Positions 29,803-40,186 of a DNA stretch of 64,000 nucleotides are shown here, piece after piece (within the stretch, counting starts at the first letter, position 1; the number at the start of each line of letters is the position of its first letter). The DNA is taken from assembly GCA_963668025.2 (NCBI GenBank), contig CAXXTH010000014.1:64001-128000 (forward strand). Reading direction: 5' to 3'. Under the pieces are notes generated by a model that was given only the letters and a program-made list of their open reading frames with translations, was not told the DNA's origin and did no database searches. The stretch is from Candidatus Hydrogenedentota bacterium. Lineage in GTDB: Bacteria > Hydrogenedentota > Hydrogenedentia > Hydrogenedentales > SLHB01. The position numbers and the translations under genes are program-made.

Positions 29803-30885
29803 ATGAAACGTATACTCACGGTCTCTGTGATATTCACGTTCTTAGCCACATATTCGATGGCAAGCATTGCTGAATCTAGCCACGAGGAAGCGCCGAAGAC
29901 TCGGCAGATGCGATACTCGCCTCGAAGCGAAGCCGACGCGCTGCAATGGCAGACACAGCTCCGTACAGAACTTTTCCGTGTATTGAAAATCGACGATCTG
30001 GCCGCACGGCAGACGCCTATTCCGTTCGCGGAGGAATGTACGTCGTCAACGGACATGAAGACCTACCGCACCAAAGAACTGCAAATACAGCTCACCCCTA
30101 CGCGGCGCATACCGATCATCCTGACCCTCCCGCCAGCGGACGCCAAAGGCCCATTTCCGGCGGTGGTGTGCATCAACGGGCATGGCGGCGACCGCCACAG
30201 CCCGTATTTCCAGGAGACATTCAAACGGGAAAGCGATATCGCGGCGCAGGACCAGGCCTACAGCGGATTCGGGACCTTGCTGGCGGAACGAGGGTTCGTC
30301 ACCGTGTCGACGGACATGGATGTCCGCACGGAAAGCACTGATCACAAAGTGTTTGACTCGGCTCGAACGTTGATGGGAGAACGGCTCTGGTGCGCCATGC
30401 GGTGTGTGGATTATGTCGCATCTCTACCGGACGTGGATGCATCGCGGATTGGCTGCGCGGGACTCTCGCTGGGCGGTGAGATGGCGATGTGGCTTGCTGC
30501 GATGGATACCCGCGTATCCGCTTGTGTGAGCTGCGGCTTCCTGGGCTACATGGAGGACTATGAAAAGTACAACGCCTGTCCCTGCTGGAAAGCTCCGGGG
30601 CTGCAAGAGCTGATTGACTTTCCTGATTTAGGTTCGCTGGCCGCGCCGCGCCCGCTTCAGTGCCAGATAGGCTATCAAGAGAGCGGTTCACTGACTACAT
30701 CCGCAGCCCGGCGCGCGATGGAGGAGGTCCGGCAAACCTACGTTGATCTTGGCAAGCCCGAGAACGCCATTCTAGATATTCATGGGGGCGGCCACGTGGT
30801 GGATACGCCCTCTTTGATCTGGTTCCTCGAAAAGCACCTTATACCTCCACCGGCTGTCTTTAACCCGTGGTGGAAGGACCGGTAG
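29803..30885 (+). CDS. Secreted alpha/beta hydrolase (dienelactone hydrolase / acetylxylan-esterase-like)
   Basis: PAVVCINGHG; RIGCAGLSLGG nucleophile elbow; APRPL; HGGGH; SD GGAGG. Confidence 0.88.
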   Translation: MKRILTVSVIFTFLATYSMASIAESSHEEAPKTRQMRYSPRSEADALQWQTQLRTELFRVLKIDDLAARQTPIPFAEECTSSTDMKTYRTKELQIQLTPTRRIPIILTLPPADAKGPFPAVVCINGHGGDRHSPYFQETFKRESDIAAQDQAYSGFGTLLAERGFVTVSTDMDVRTESTDHKVFDSARTLMGERLWCAMRCVDYVASLPDVDASRIGCAGLSLGGEMAMWLAAMDTRVSACVSCGFLGYMEDYEKYNACPCWKAPGLQELIDFPDLGSLAAPRPLQCQIGYQESGSLTTSAARRAMEEVRQTYVDLGKPENAILDIHGGGHVVDTPSLIWFLEKHLIPPPAVFNPWWKDR

Positions 30886-31086
30886 TCCTTTCCACCCGGT
30901 TATGCCGCGCCTTGAATGGCGGCATTCTTTTCGGCTTCGCGCGAAATATAGTAGTATAGAATTAGGCTTTACCTTTTGCGCCATATTCCATATAACAACC
31001 GCCGGGGCGGCGATCCCGCACTTTTTGCTGATAAGCAATGTGTGGAACCGCCGCCCTCGCTGCTCATTTTTCCTATAGTGCGCTGC

Positions 31087-32589
31087 TTACCAGTCTGTCC
31101 TGTTGGGCTTTCCTATTTTGACCAGCACGACACCATGCAGCGGCACGGATGCGGTGAAAGCTCCATCGAATTTACCCAGGTCTTTCTTTTTCCAAAGGTC
31201 ACGAACAGGCTGCTTGCCGCTGATTCCTACATCCGGCCATTTCACCGTGATATCCGTTTGCGCTTCTCCACGATTGAATAGCGCGACAGCAATCGTTCCA
31301 TCCCAAAGTGGGCGGCTCCATATCTCCGTATCGCCGTTCTTGACTTTGCTTCCGGCGGGTTTGCCTAGAGGATCTTGGTCCACATCCAGCACTTCATCGT
31401 TGGTGACTAAGTCGAGCGTAAACGGATCGAGTTGGGATAAGTCACAGCCCAGCAAGAGAGGCGATGCGGTCATGCACCACAGCGTAAAATGCGAAAATTG
31501 CTCGTCATGAGTCAGCCGGTTGTCGCGGGGCGTGCCCCAGCCCACTTTGCCGACCACGAGCATATCCGGATCATTCCAATGCCCAGGCCCGGCATATTGC
31601 TCGAGGCCGTCCAGGAAGAACCCGAGGTTTGCGACGGGCCAAGAGTAACCGGTCGGCTCTGCTTTATACCATTCGTCTGTAATGTCTGTATGGGTCCGCC
31701 AACAGTTGGCGCCCGCCACCTCGGCTCCCCATTTCCACACCTCCATACAGCCATACTGGCACATGCTATAAACGATATCTCGCTCGCACTTATCCAGCGC
31801 TTTGCGCATGATGATATACGGCCGCTGCCCCTCTTCGAGATGGTTGGCTCCGGGAGCCTTGATTCTCTCCTCAAAGATTTTTGTATAGGTGCATAGATCA
31901 TACTTCAGGTAGTCAATCCCCCAACTGGCGAAAGTCAGGGCGTCTTGGTCTTCGTGCTCGTAGCTGCCTTCCGTGCCTCCGCAGCCCTTCGGTCCTGGCG
32001 ACGAGTATAAACCGAGCTTGATCCCTTTGGAATGGGCATAATCCGCCAGGGCCTTCATGTCCTTGAATCCCTCATTAGGTAGGATCTCATCATTGGCGTC
32101 CCGGCCTCCACTCCAGCCTTCGTCCATATTTACATATTGATAACCGTGCGCCGTAAGGCCCGCGCTGGCCATGCAATCGATCGTTTGCCGGATTCTCTGA
32201 TCATCGATCGTGACGCACCACACATTATAGGAGTTCCAACCCATCGGAGGGGTGAGCGCGAGCTTGTGATCACCGCCTACAATCTTGAGCTTTCGCTTGG
32301 CCTTCCCTTCCGGCCCCTTGACTTTGAGCTTAACGATGTATTCTCCTGCTTCTTTGAGTGAACCCGAAATGACTCCCGTATTTTTGTCCACGGATAGCCC
32401 TTCCGGGAGATTGGATGCCGAGTATTCCAAAGGCCCCTCGCCGGTGGCGGGTATAAGAAACATAAACGGATTACCAGGTGTGCAACCGGTGATCCTTGGC
32501 CCATGAATGGCGGGAGCGCCTTCTGCATCTGCTTGCACCTGGATGGCCATGCATATTGCCGCACATAAAATCGCGAAAATTCGAAGCAT
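31087..32589 (-). CDS. Alpha-galactosidase, GH27, with N-terminal Ig-like domain
   Basis: LALTPPMGWNS, YVNMDEGW, WGIDYLKYD, WR..TDI, GPGHWNDPDML. Confidence 0.93.
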   Translation of the reverse strand: MLRIFAILCAAICMAIQVQADAEGAPAIHGPRITGCTPGNPFMFLIPATGEGPLEYSASNLPEGLSVDKNTGVISGSLKEAGEYIVKLKVKGPEGKAKRKLKIVGGDHKLALTPPMGWNSYNVWCVTIDDQRIRQTIDCMASAGLTAHGYQYVNMDEGWSGGRDANDEILPNEGFKDMKALADYAHSKGIKLGLYSSPGPKGCGGTEGSYEHEDQDALTFASWGIDYLKYDLCTYTKIFEERIKAPGANHLEEGQRPYIIMRKALDKCERDIVYSMCQYGCMEVWKWGAEVAGANCWRTHTDITDEWYKAEPTGYSWPVANLGFFLDGLEQYAGPGHWNDPDMLVVGKVGWGTPRDNRLTHDEQFSHFTLWCMTASPLLLGCDLSQLDPFTLDLVTNDEVLDVDQDPLGKPAGSKVKNGDTEIWSRPLWDGTIAVALFNRGEAQTDITVKWPDVGISGKQPVRDLWKKKDLGKFDGAFTASVPLHGVVLVKIGKPNRTDW

Positions 32590-33193
32590 GCTTCTTTCTC
32601 CTTTTATATTAATCGAAGATAATAGGACATCACACAAAATAATGCTCCATTCTGCTGCATTGTTTGTATATTAATTTTTAACATATAACTATAACAATTA
32701 TATATACAAAAAAACTAGCATATATTCCAATCTAAAAGAAATCACCAACATGGCATACTGCTTTTCCTGGATAAAATGATATTTATATATAAAGGAAATC
32801 ATCAAAAAAACCTTGTCTAGTTTGGTTATTGTTTTGTACAATTCACCGATCTTGAATTCAGGCCTCAACGTACCGCACGATGTCTTCTTTGTAGCCGCCA
32901 CAGCCTTGTCAGCCCGGAACTCACCAACAGGAAAGAAGGGCCCCCTTATCCCACCTGCATTCGTCCGCCGCGCTCAATGGATGCCATGCCAGCTTCGGCC
33001 CGACAAGGGTACGCGGTTCCGGCGGGAAAGGGCTTAAGTTCCTACTCTATACGTTGCACCTAGCTCTTGAATCCAGGTGGGAGATTGAATCTGGTTTGGG
33101 TTAGATGTTAGGTTGCGGTATACTTTTGGCTTGGCTCAAGGGAGCGCCATCAGGGAAAAGTGGGGAAAACCTTTATACGCGCAGGGGAAAGGA

Positions 33194-34297
33194 ATGAAAA
33201 AAATGAACGGGAACAGGATATTAGCCTGTATGATGCTTGCCGTGGTGGGGCTGGCGTGCGGATGCGGGCAGCAAGCGAATACGACTTCGACGCCACAAAC
33301 GCCTGCATCCAATCCTCCGGCTGCGGATGTGAAACCAGCAGATGTAAAACCGGCGGATCTGAAGCCGATTACACTCTCGTATAGCATCTTCTTCCCGCCC
33401 ACGCACGTGCAATGCGAAACGGCGGTGCAATGGGCCAAGGAAATCGAAAAGCGGAGCAATGGCCGCGTCGTGATCAATGTGTTCCCAGGTGGTTCGCTCA
33501 CCCCGGCCAACCAGTGTTATGAAGGTGTGGTGAACGGCATTTCCGACCTCGGGATGAGCTGCTTTGCGTACACCCGTGGGCGTTTCCCGCTCCTGGAAGG
33601 GCTGGATCTGCCATTAGGCTACCCCAACGGGAAAGTAGCCACGCGGGCCGCCACGGAATTGATTCGGAAATATCAGCCCCAGGAAACCGCGGACACGCAT
33701 GTCCTCTATGTGCATGCCCATGGCCCGGGCATCCTGGCGAGCAAGAAGCCCGTTCGTACGCTCGAAGATATGGCTGGGCTTAAAGTGCGCGCCACGGGCT
33801 TGGCGGTCAAGATCGTCGAAAGTCTGAAAGGCACGGCGGTAGGCATGAGCCAGCCGGAGACGTACGAAGCATTGCAGAAGGGTGTTGTGGAAGCGACGTT
33901 GTGCCCTATCGAAACGCTGAAGGGCTGGAAACAAGGCGAGGTGATCGAGTCCGTCACGGACAGTTCGGCCATCGGGTATACAACGGCCATGTTCGTGACC
34001 ATGAACAAAGCCAAGTGGGATAGCCTGCCCGCCGATATCCAAGCCATTTTCACCGAAGTCAGTAACGAGTGGGTCGATAAGCATGGCGAGGCGTGGGACA
34101 AGGCGGACGAAGAGGGCAAGGCGTTCGTCATGAGCCTCAATCACGAGATCATCACCCTCACGCCGGAAGAACAGGCGCGGTGGAAAGAAGCCGTGAAGCC
34201 GCTGCTTGACGCGTATGTGAATGCGTGCAAGGAGAAGGGCTTGCCGGGCGACACGTTCCTGGCTGATCTCCTGGCCATGCTCGGTCCAAAATCCTAA
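33194..34297 (+). CDS. dctP: TRAP transporter substrate-binding protein DctP (lipoprotein)
   Basis: Lipobox LACG-C; [37 protein letters not shown]. Confidence 0.93.
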   Translation: MKKMNGNRILACMMLAVVGLACGCGQQANTTSTPQTPASNPPAADVKPADVKPADLKPITLSYSIFFPPTHVQCETAVQWAKEIEKRSNGRVVINVFPGGSLTPANQCYEGVVNGISDLGMSCFAYTRGRFPLLEGLDLPLGYPNGKVATRAATELIRKYQPQETADTHVLYVHAHGPGILASKKPVRTLEDMAGLKVRATGLAVKIVESLKGTAVGMSQPETYEALQKGVVEATLCPIETLKGWKQGEVIESVTDSSAIGYTTAMFVTMNKAKWDSLPADIQAIFTEVSNEWVDKHGEAWDKADEEGKAFVMSLNHEIITLTPEEQARWKEAVKPLLDAYVNACKEKGLPGDTFLADLLAMLGPKS

Positions 34298-34309
34298 GGA
34301 CATCGATAG

Positions 34310-34819
34310 ATGGTGCATAAGATTCGCTCGATTGGGCGGGCATACAACTGGGGATTGCGCTGGCTCGTGCTGCTCCTCGCGGGGTGTTCTGGCCTCGCCG
34401 TCCTGGTCATCATCGGAGTCACGTGCCTAGATGTAGGCATGCGCATATTTGGCTCCGCCTTGCAGGGTTCCTTTGACATTGTACAGATTGCAGGCGCGCT
34501 GGCGGTTGCCTTCGCACTGCCGTATACGACAGCCGTTAAAGGCCATGTAGCGGTCGAGTTCTTCTTTCAGAAGCTAAACCGGATGGGCCGGATTGTCGTG
34601 GACAGCATCGTGCGCGTGCTGGTGATTGCCCTTTTGGCCCTGCTTGCGGTGCAATGCGTGTTTTATGGGATTTCGCTGAAAGAGGCGAATCAAGTATCGT
34701 TGACCCTCCAAGCGCCCATGTTCTGGATCCCGTATGTTATTTCCGGTTGTTTGGCCGTGACGGTCCTGGTCAAAATTCACAACCTGATTCACCCCGGCCG
34801 TGGGATGATTAAGCCATGA
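34310..34819 (+). CDS. dctQ: TRAP transporter small permease DctQ
   Basis: Four TM helices; DVGMR and GHVAVEF motifs. Confidence 0.9.
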   Translation: MVHKIRSIGRAYNWGLRWLVLLLAGCSGLAVLVIIGVTCLDVGMRIFGSALQGSFDIVQIAGALAVAFALPYTTAVKGHVAVEFFFQKLNRMGRIVVDSIVRVLVIALLALLAVQCVFYGISLKEANQVSLTLQAPMFWIPYVISGCLAVTVLVKIHNLIHPGRGMIKP

Positions 34820-36117
34820 CTTCGATTCAGATAGGCGCTTTGGGCATTGTGGTGCTGCTTATTTTTCTGGCCACGAGCATGCCGGTGGCTTTCGCCATGG
34901 CGCTGGCGGGGATAATAGGTTTTGCGGCGCTGGTGAACAGTGACGCGTCCCTGGCGATGGCCACGGGGGAGGTTTATAACACCTTTTCCATGTACAGCCT
35001 GACGGTGATTCCGCTGTTCGTGCTTATGGGCCAGATCGCCTTCCATGTTGGGATTAGTCGGCGCCTATTCAACGCGGCTTATGTCTGGATGGGAGCGCTT
35101 CCCGGAGGCTTGGCGATGGCGACGGTGGGGGCATGCACGGCGTTCGGCGCGATCTGCGGCTCGGGTCCCGCGACGGCGGCCACCATGGCGTCCGTCGCGC
35201 TGCCCGAGATGCGGCGGTACGGATACAGTATGGAGCTGGGCAGCGGTGCGGTCGCATCCGCTGGGGGATTGGGCATTCTCATTCCACCCAGCGTCGTGTT
35301 CATCGTATATGCGATTCTCACCGAACAATCCATCGGCAAGCTGTTTATCGCGGGCGTATTGCCCGGATTGTTCATCGCGGGGCTATTTTGCCTTACGATT
35401 TACATCTGCTGCCTGCGGAATCCAAAACTCGGCCCGGCGGGGCCCAAGACTTCCATTAAAGAGAAAGTCGTAGCGCTTGGCGGCATTTCAGAAACGCTGG
35501 TGCTGTTCATCGTAGTGATGGGCGGGATGTTTTTAGGCTTTTTTACCCCGACGGAAGCCGCCGCCATCGGCGCTGCGGGGAGCATGGTTATCGCGGCGGT
35601 CCAGCGTAAGCTTACGCCCCGCATGCTGACGCGCTCTCTGCTCGAAACCGCGAGAACCTCGTGCATGGTGCTCATGATCGTGATGGGCGCTACGATATTC
35701 GGCCGGTTCCTTGCCCTGACGCGGATTCCGTTCGAGTTAGCCGAGTGGCTGGGCGGATTACCCTTGCCGGGTTGGATTATCATAGCGTTCATTATAGTGT
35801 TTTACCTAATCGCGGGCTGTTTTGTGGACGCGCTGGCGCTGGTGTTGCTCACGGTGCCCGTGTTTTTTCCCGTGATCTCGAAGCTGGGATATGACCCGAT
35901 CTGGTTCGGCGTTATCATTGTGGTAGTGACCATGATGGGCATAATCACACCCCCGGTGGGGGTTAATGTATACGTGGTGGCAGGCACGGAACGCGATATA
36001 CCGCTCAGTACGGTGTTTCGTGGCTCCATGCCGTTCTTGCTCGCACTGATAGTCGCCACGGTGTTTTTAATCGCATTTCCCCAAATCGCCTTGTTCTTGC
36101 CGACGCTGGCGAAATAG
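34816..36117 (+). CDS. dctM: TRAP transporter large permease DctM
   Basis: IPLFVLMG, GILIPPS, FTPTEAAA, GYDPIWFG, ITPPVG. Confidence 0.95.
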   Translation: MTSIQIGALGIVVLLIFLATSMPVAFAMALAGIIGFAALVNSDASLAMATGEVYNTFSMYSLTVIPLFVLMGQIAFHVGISRRLFNAAYVWMGALPGGLAMATVGACTAFGAICGSGPATAATMASVALPEMRRYGYSMELGSGAVASAGGLGILIPPSVVFIVYAILTEQSIGKLFIAGVLPGLFIAGLFCLTIYICCLRNPKLGPAGPKTSIKEKVVALGGISETLVLFIVVMGGMFLGFFTPTEAAAIGAAGSMVIAAVQRKLTPRMLTRSLLETARTSCMVLMIVMGATIFGRFLALTRIPFELAEWLGGLPLPGWIIIAFIIVFYLIAGCFVDALALVLLTVPVFFPVISKLGYDPIWFGVIIVVVTMMGIITPPVGVNVYVVAGTERDIPLSTVFRGSMPFLLALIVATVFLIAFPQIALFLPTLAK

Positions 36118-36166
36118 GGCCTGGCGTTTTACAGGTTTGAGGCCATCGTAGAAAAGGAGCCGGAAT

Positions 36167-36661
36167 ATGCCACAAGAATATCCCTCAAGCCCGTACCGGC
36201 GGATCCTGTTCTGCACGGACTTCTCTACAAACGCCGATTTGGCGTTCGATTATGCCCTCGACGCCGCAGTGCGCAGGCCAGGATGCGTGTTGTACCTGCT
36301 TCACATCATTCCCGAACCCGACGCCCAATTCTGGAAAACATATATTTACGAATTGGACGATATCGACGCCAAAGCCAAACAGGATATCAACGCCAAAGTG
36401 GCCGAGATCTACCGCCCACGTGTCCCCGAAGGCGTTGACTTTCGCGTCGAAACGGCCACCGGACGCGACTACCAGCGGATACTCGAGTTCGCCAGAAAGA
36501 AAGACGTCGACCTGATCGTACTCGGCCGGCATGGGCACAGCGCGCTCGAAAACGTCTTGTTCGGCAACGTCACCGAGAAAGTCGTCCGCAAAGCGAACTG
36601 CCCAGTGCTGGTTGTGCCGATACGCACGAAACCCTCACCAGATACAACAGATTCTCCGTGA
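36167..36661 (+). CDS. Universal stress protein (UspA family)
   Basis: YRRILFCTDFS..A; DLIVLGRHG..LFGNVTEKVVRKANCPVLVV. Confidence 0.93.
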   Translation: MPQEYPSSPYRRILFCTDFSTNADLAFDYALDAAVRRPGCVLYLLHIIPEPDAQFWKTYIYELDDIDAKAKQDINAKVAEIYRPRVPEGVDFRVETATGRDYQRILEFARKKDVDLIVLGRHGHSALENVLFGNVTEKVVRKANCPVLVVPIRTKPSPDTTDSP

Positions 36662-36669
36662 TCTCGGTC

Positions 36670-37911
36670 TAGTACCCCGTAAGTCCTAAAAGGCTGAATA
36701 AAAAAGTGTATCTTGCCGATATATCCAGAGGGAGGAATGGGTCTTTCCTTTGGAGGATAACGGCAATGCCCACAAAGCGATACGTAGTTCGGTTGACAGA
36801 AGAGGAGCGCCAGCAACTCCATGGCTTGGTAAGCAAGGGCAAGGCGGCGGCATACAAAATCAGGCACGCCAACATCCTGCTCAAGGCAGATTGCGACGGG
36901 CCGAATTGGAAGGACGAACAGATAGCCGAAGCCTTTGGCTGCCACCGCACCACGGTGGAAGAGGTGCGCAAACGGCTGGTTACGCAAGGCATCGAATCCG
37001 CCCTGGGCCGCAAGAAGCGGGAAACGCCGCCGACCCCGCGCCGACTCGACGGCGACGCCGAAGCCCGGCTGGTTGCCATCGCTTGCGGAAAAGCTCCGGA
37101 AGGCCGGGCGAAATGGACCATGCGGCTCTTGGCGGACAAACTGGTGGAATTGGGGATCGTGGATTCGGTCTCGCACACGACCGTCTGGGAGACGCTTAAA
37201 AAAACGAACTCAAGCCGCACTTGCGGAAATGCTGGGTGATACCGCCGAAGCAGGATGGCGAGTTCGTGGCGGCGATGGAAGACGTACTTGAAGTCTATAA
37301 GCGCGGCCGGAACCGAGAGTATCCGCTGGTGTGCATGGACGAACAACCGACGCAGCTCTTGAAGGAGACGCGAACGCCCTTGCCCGCCGAACCTGGGGAA
37401 CCGGCGAAACACGACTACGAATACGAGCGCAATGGCACAGCGGCGAACTTCATGTTCACCGCGCCATTGGAAAACTGGCGGCGGGTGAGTGTGCGGGAGC
37501 GCAAGACGAAAATCGATTGGGCACAGGAAATCCGCCAGCTTGTCGATACGGATTTTCCCGAGGCGTCAAAGATCGTGCTGGTGATGGACAACCTGAACAC
37601 GCACACGCCGGGGGCGCTATACGAGGCGTTTGCGCCGCAAGAGGCGCGCCGAATTCTGGAGCGGCGGGAGATTCATTACACGCCGAAGCACGGGAGTTGG
37701 CTGAACATGGCGGAGATCGAGTTGAGCGTGTTCACGCGACAGTGCCTGGACCGGCGCATGCCGGATCTGGCGACGTTGCGTTCGGAGGCGGTTGCGTGGA
37801 ACGCGAGCCGGAACGATTCGGGGATAGGTGTGGATTGGCACTTCACAACCTCCGACGCCCGGGTAAAACTAAAACGGCTTTATCCCTTAATTAAGGGCTG
37901 ACAAGGTACTA
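36670..37911 (+). mobile_element. IS630-family insertion sequence (coordinates include the duplicated TA)
   Basis: Left end TAGTACCCCGTAAGTCCT vs right-end reverse complement TAGTACCTTGTCAGCCCT; TA at 36670-71 and 37910-11, each within CTAG. Confidence 0.92.
36766..37901 (+). CDS. IS630 transposase, two ORFs joined by a predicted -1 programmed frameshift
   Basis: ORF1 HTH (YVVRLTEEER..WTMRLLA); A7 run 37198-37204 (ETLKK then NELKPH in the -1 frame); ORF2 DDE motifs VCMDE, VMDNLNTH, WLNMAEIE. Confidence 0.93.
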
Positions 37912-38687
37912 GTGCGACTGCGAGTGTACGCTGTCCGAGAGGTGTGAGTCCTCTTCAGGCATGCACGCTCCGGCCTGTAGCCGACTGTAACTGCGTCGCC
38001 GCGAGGCGGGGTGGAGAGCAACGGAAGGCGAACGGCCAGTCCGTAGGATACGAACTCGATTCGGCCTGATGTTCCGGCGAGCCTGCTGGCAAATGGCGAA
38101 GCCTAGAAATAACCGGTCACGCTAAGGGGTCGTGTGCAAAAGCGATGGCGGGGGAACATGGGGTGGTTGGAGACGGAATGGCCAGGAAGGCAGGGTACAT
38201 GAAGCAGTGAGAGCCGCTGGGAGTAAGCAGGCGAGAAGCCACCCAACGGCAGTCAGAGCCGCCATAGTAGCGAGGAAACGCCGTAATGGGCGTGGAGCGA
38301 AGGGCGGTAGGAAGGTGGATGGGTGAGTACGGAATGCGAGGAAATACAACCGTCACCAGTGAACCGCGCAAGCAGTTCTAAACATGCCGGAGATAACCGC
38401 CCCTACTGGAAGCGAGCGGTCCTTGCGTCTGGACGGAACCCATGTTGGCGGCCCTGAAACAAGGGGTGAAAGGAAGGCGATGGTTCAGCTTGATGGATAA
38501 GCAGACCATCAATACTGAGCTAATGCTTACTTTGGCGGCCATAGGTCTTTTCAGCTTACAAAAGCCTATGAAACCGCTCGCCAATCCTCCAAGAGGTAAG
38601 ACCACCAACTGGAGAGCCGTATGCGGGAGATCTGCACGTACGGTTCGGAGGGAGGGGAGACCGGCCAACGGTCTTCCCTACCCCTAT
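37912..38687 (+). mobile_element. Group II intron, ORF-less internal-deletion derivative (about 776 nt)
   Basis: 5' GTGCG at 37912; DIII-like GAGCCGCCATAGTAGCG..GGAGCGAAGGGCGG; domain V GAGCCGTATGCGGGAGATCTGCACGTACGGTTC (38614-38646, AGC triad); domain VI ending CCCTACCCCTAT at 38687. Confidence 0.9.
38427..38558 (+). pseudogene. Remnant of group II intron reverse transcriptase/maturase (only the N- and C-terminal ends remain)
   Basis: VWTEPMLAALKQGVKGRRWFSLMDK (IEP N-terminus) joined near 38501 to ADHQY*ANAYF/AAIGLFSL (IEP C-terminal motif, with a stop and a frameshift); no RT core or YADD. Confidence 0.8.
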
Positions 38688-38800
38688 CGACATTTGGATT
38701 TTGGGCTCATCTCGCTGTCTATAATGAGGCCCCGCCTGAAGCGATCTGGGAAAAAAAGCCGGTTGTGGGAGAATTCATTCCTTCGCAAGAAGCATCAGGA

Positions 38801-38825
38801 GAGAGCCTTTTCATAAAAGGCTCTC
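38801..38825. terminator. Hairpin, probable intrinsic terminator between convergent units
   Basis: GAGAGCCTTTT-CAT-AAAAGGCTCTC, a perfect 11-bp stem about 33 nt past the serine hydrolase stop. Confidence 0.55.
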
Positions 38826-38858
38826 CCCTTCATTCACATCCGCGACACGCATGTGGCT

Positions 38859-39998
38859 TTATTCGACGGCCTGGGCAATCAGGAGGTCCGTCATCGTGTC
38901 AATAACACTTTGCATCTGGTTCGAGATGGTGGTGGGATCGGTCATATCGAGCCGGTTTAATCCGATGAAGAATCCGGCGTGGATTCGAGGAATATATGCC
39001 CAGGTGCCATAATTGCCAGGATTGGCGCCGCCATGGCTCACCACCACCTCTCCCTTGTATGTCTTGACGTTCATCCCATAGCCGTATTGGGTCGCGGGCT
39101 CCTGCACTGTCATCATTTCCGTACGAAGCGGCTCGGAAAGCAGGCAAGGCCCGAACATGACGTTCAGGAAACGGATCATGTCGGAGGCGGTGGTCACACC
39201 GGCTCCGGCGGTCCAGTTCCAGGACAGGTTCCAGTTGGTGACGTTGGACAGTTCCGTCTGATTCAGTAATATGGAGTAGAAATCCGCTGCGGGCGCGGTG
39301 GCCTTGCCGTCCACCACCTCCGTCCGTTCGATGAAGGCGTGGCGGAAGATGCGGTCTTCGAGGGCTTCCTGTACGGTCATGCCCGTGGCTTTCTCGATGA
39401 TGACGCCGAGTATATAGTAGCCCGCGTTGCTGTAGCTGTAGGAGGAGCCCGGCGTGAAGTCCAGAGGATAGCTCGCGATCAAATCCAGCACTTCCGTCTG
39501 CGACCACACGCGTTCGGGAGTGTTGAGGATGCTGTCCACGAGCTCTGGGGTGCTCTGGTGATCGTGTATCCCGCTGGTGTGGTTTAGGAGCATTCTAACG
39601 GTAATGAGGCCTCCATCGCTGAACTCACCGGGAAGCCATTGGTCCAGCGTATCGTCGAGACCGATCAACTCCTCGTCAACGAGTCTCAGCATCAATGCAG
39701 CGGTAAAGGTCTTTGTCATGCTAGCCAGGCGCATCTGCATTTCTGGAGTCATAGGCGTCTGGTCTTCGAGCTTCGCGACGCCCGACGCGCCCACCGCCCA
39801 GAAATTGTCGCAAAACACTCCCATCACGCCGCCGGGAACCCCGGAATCGGTCACGGCCCCATCGAGCACGGACTGGTATTCCGAGGGCAGCGTGCCAATG
39901 GGACGAATGCAGAGCAAACAACATCCGCTAACGCCGGCCAGCAATGCGAACAAACACACCGGTAAACACATAAAAGAAGTAAAACGAACCCTGTTCAT
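38859..39998 (-). CDS. Serine hydrolase, beta-lactamase / D-Ala-D-Ala peptidase (S12) family, probable lipoprotein
   Basis: RLASMTK (SxxK), LLNHTSG, YSYSN (YxN), SHGG; signal LLAGVSG-C. Confidence 0.9.
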   Translation of the reverse strand: MNRVRFTSFMCLPVCLFALLAGVSGCCLLCIRPIGTLPSEYQSVLDGAVTDSGVPGGVMGVFCDNFWAVGASGVAKLEDQTPMTPEMQMRLASMTKTFTAALMLRLVDEELIGLDDTLDQWLPGEFSDGGLITVRMLLNHTSGIHDHQSTPELVDSILNTPERVWSQTEVLDLIASYPLDFTPGSSYSYSNAGYYILGVIIEKATGMTVQEALEDRIFRHAFIERTEVVDGKATAPAADFYSILLNQTELSNVTNWNLSWNWTAGAGVTTASDMIRFLNVMFGPCLLSEPLRTEMMTVQEPATQYGYGMNVKTYKGEVVVSHGGANPGNYGTWAYIPRIHAGFFIGLNRLDMTDPTTISNQMQSVIDTMTDLLIAQAVE

Positions 39999-40186
39999 AC
40001 ATATTCCCCTTGTTGATGCAGATTTCGACTCAAATGGAAGCTGGCGGACCACAAAACGCAGTGTATCAGTCTGTGTCATCGATACACAATTTCTGCTACT
40101 ACAGGGGAGTCCAGATATAGCATGGGCAAGGAATATAGAAGTGGGTTTCCCTCGCTAGAAAAGCAAAAAAAACCGTAACTGAAAAA

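Noticed and set aside
32640-33110. Very AT-rich stretch and short ORFs between the GH27 gene and dctP
   Set aside because: No repeats, recognisable motif or credible protein; most likely a divergent promoter region or island scar.
38442-38816. 124-aa ORF as a protein-coding gene
   Set aside because: It is the fused RT remnant read through intron domains V and VI (RAVCGRSARTVRREG is the translation of DV).
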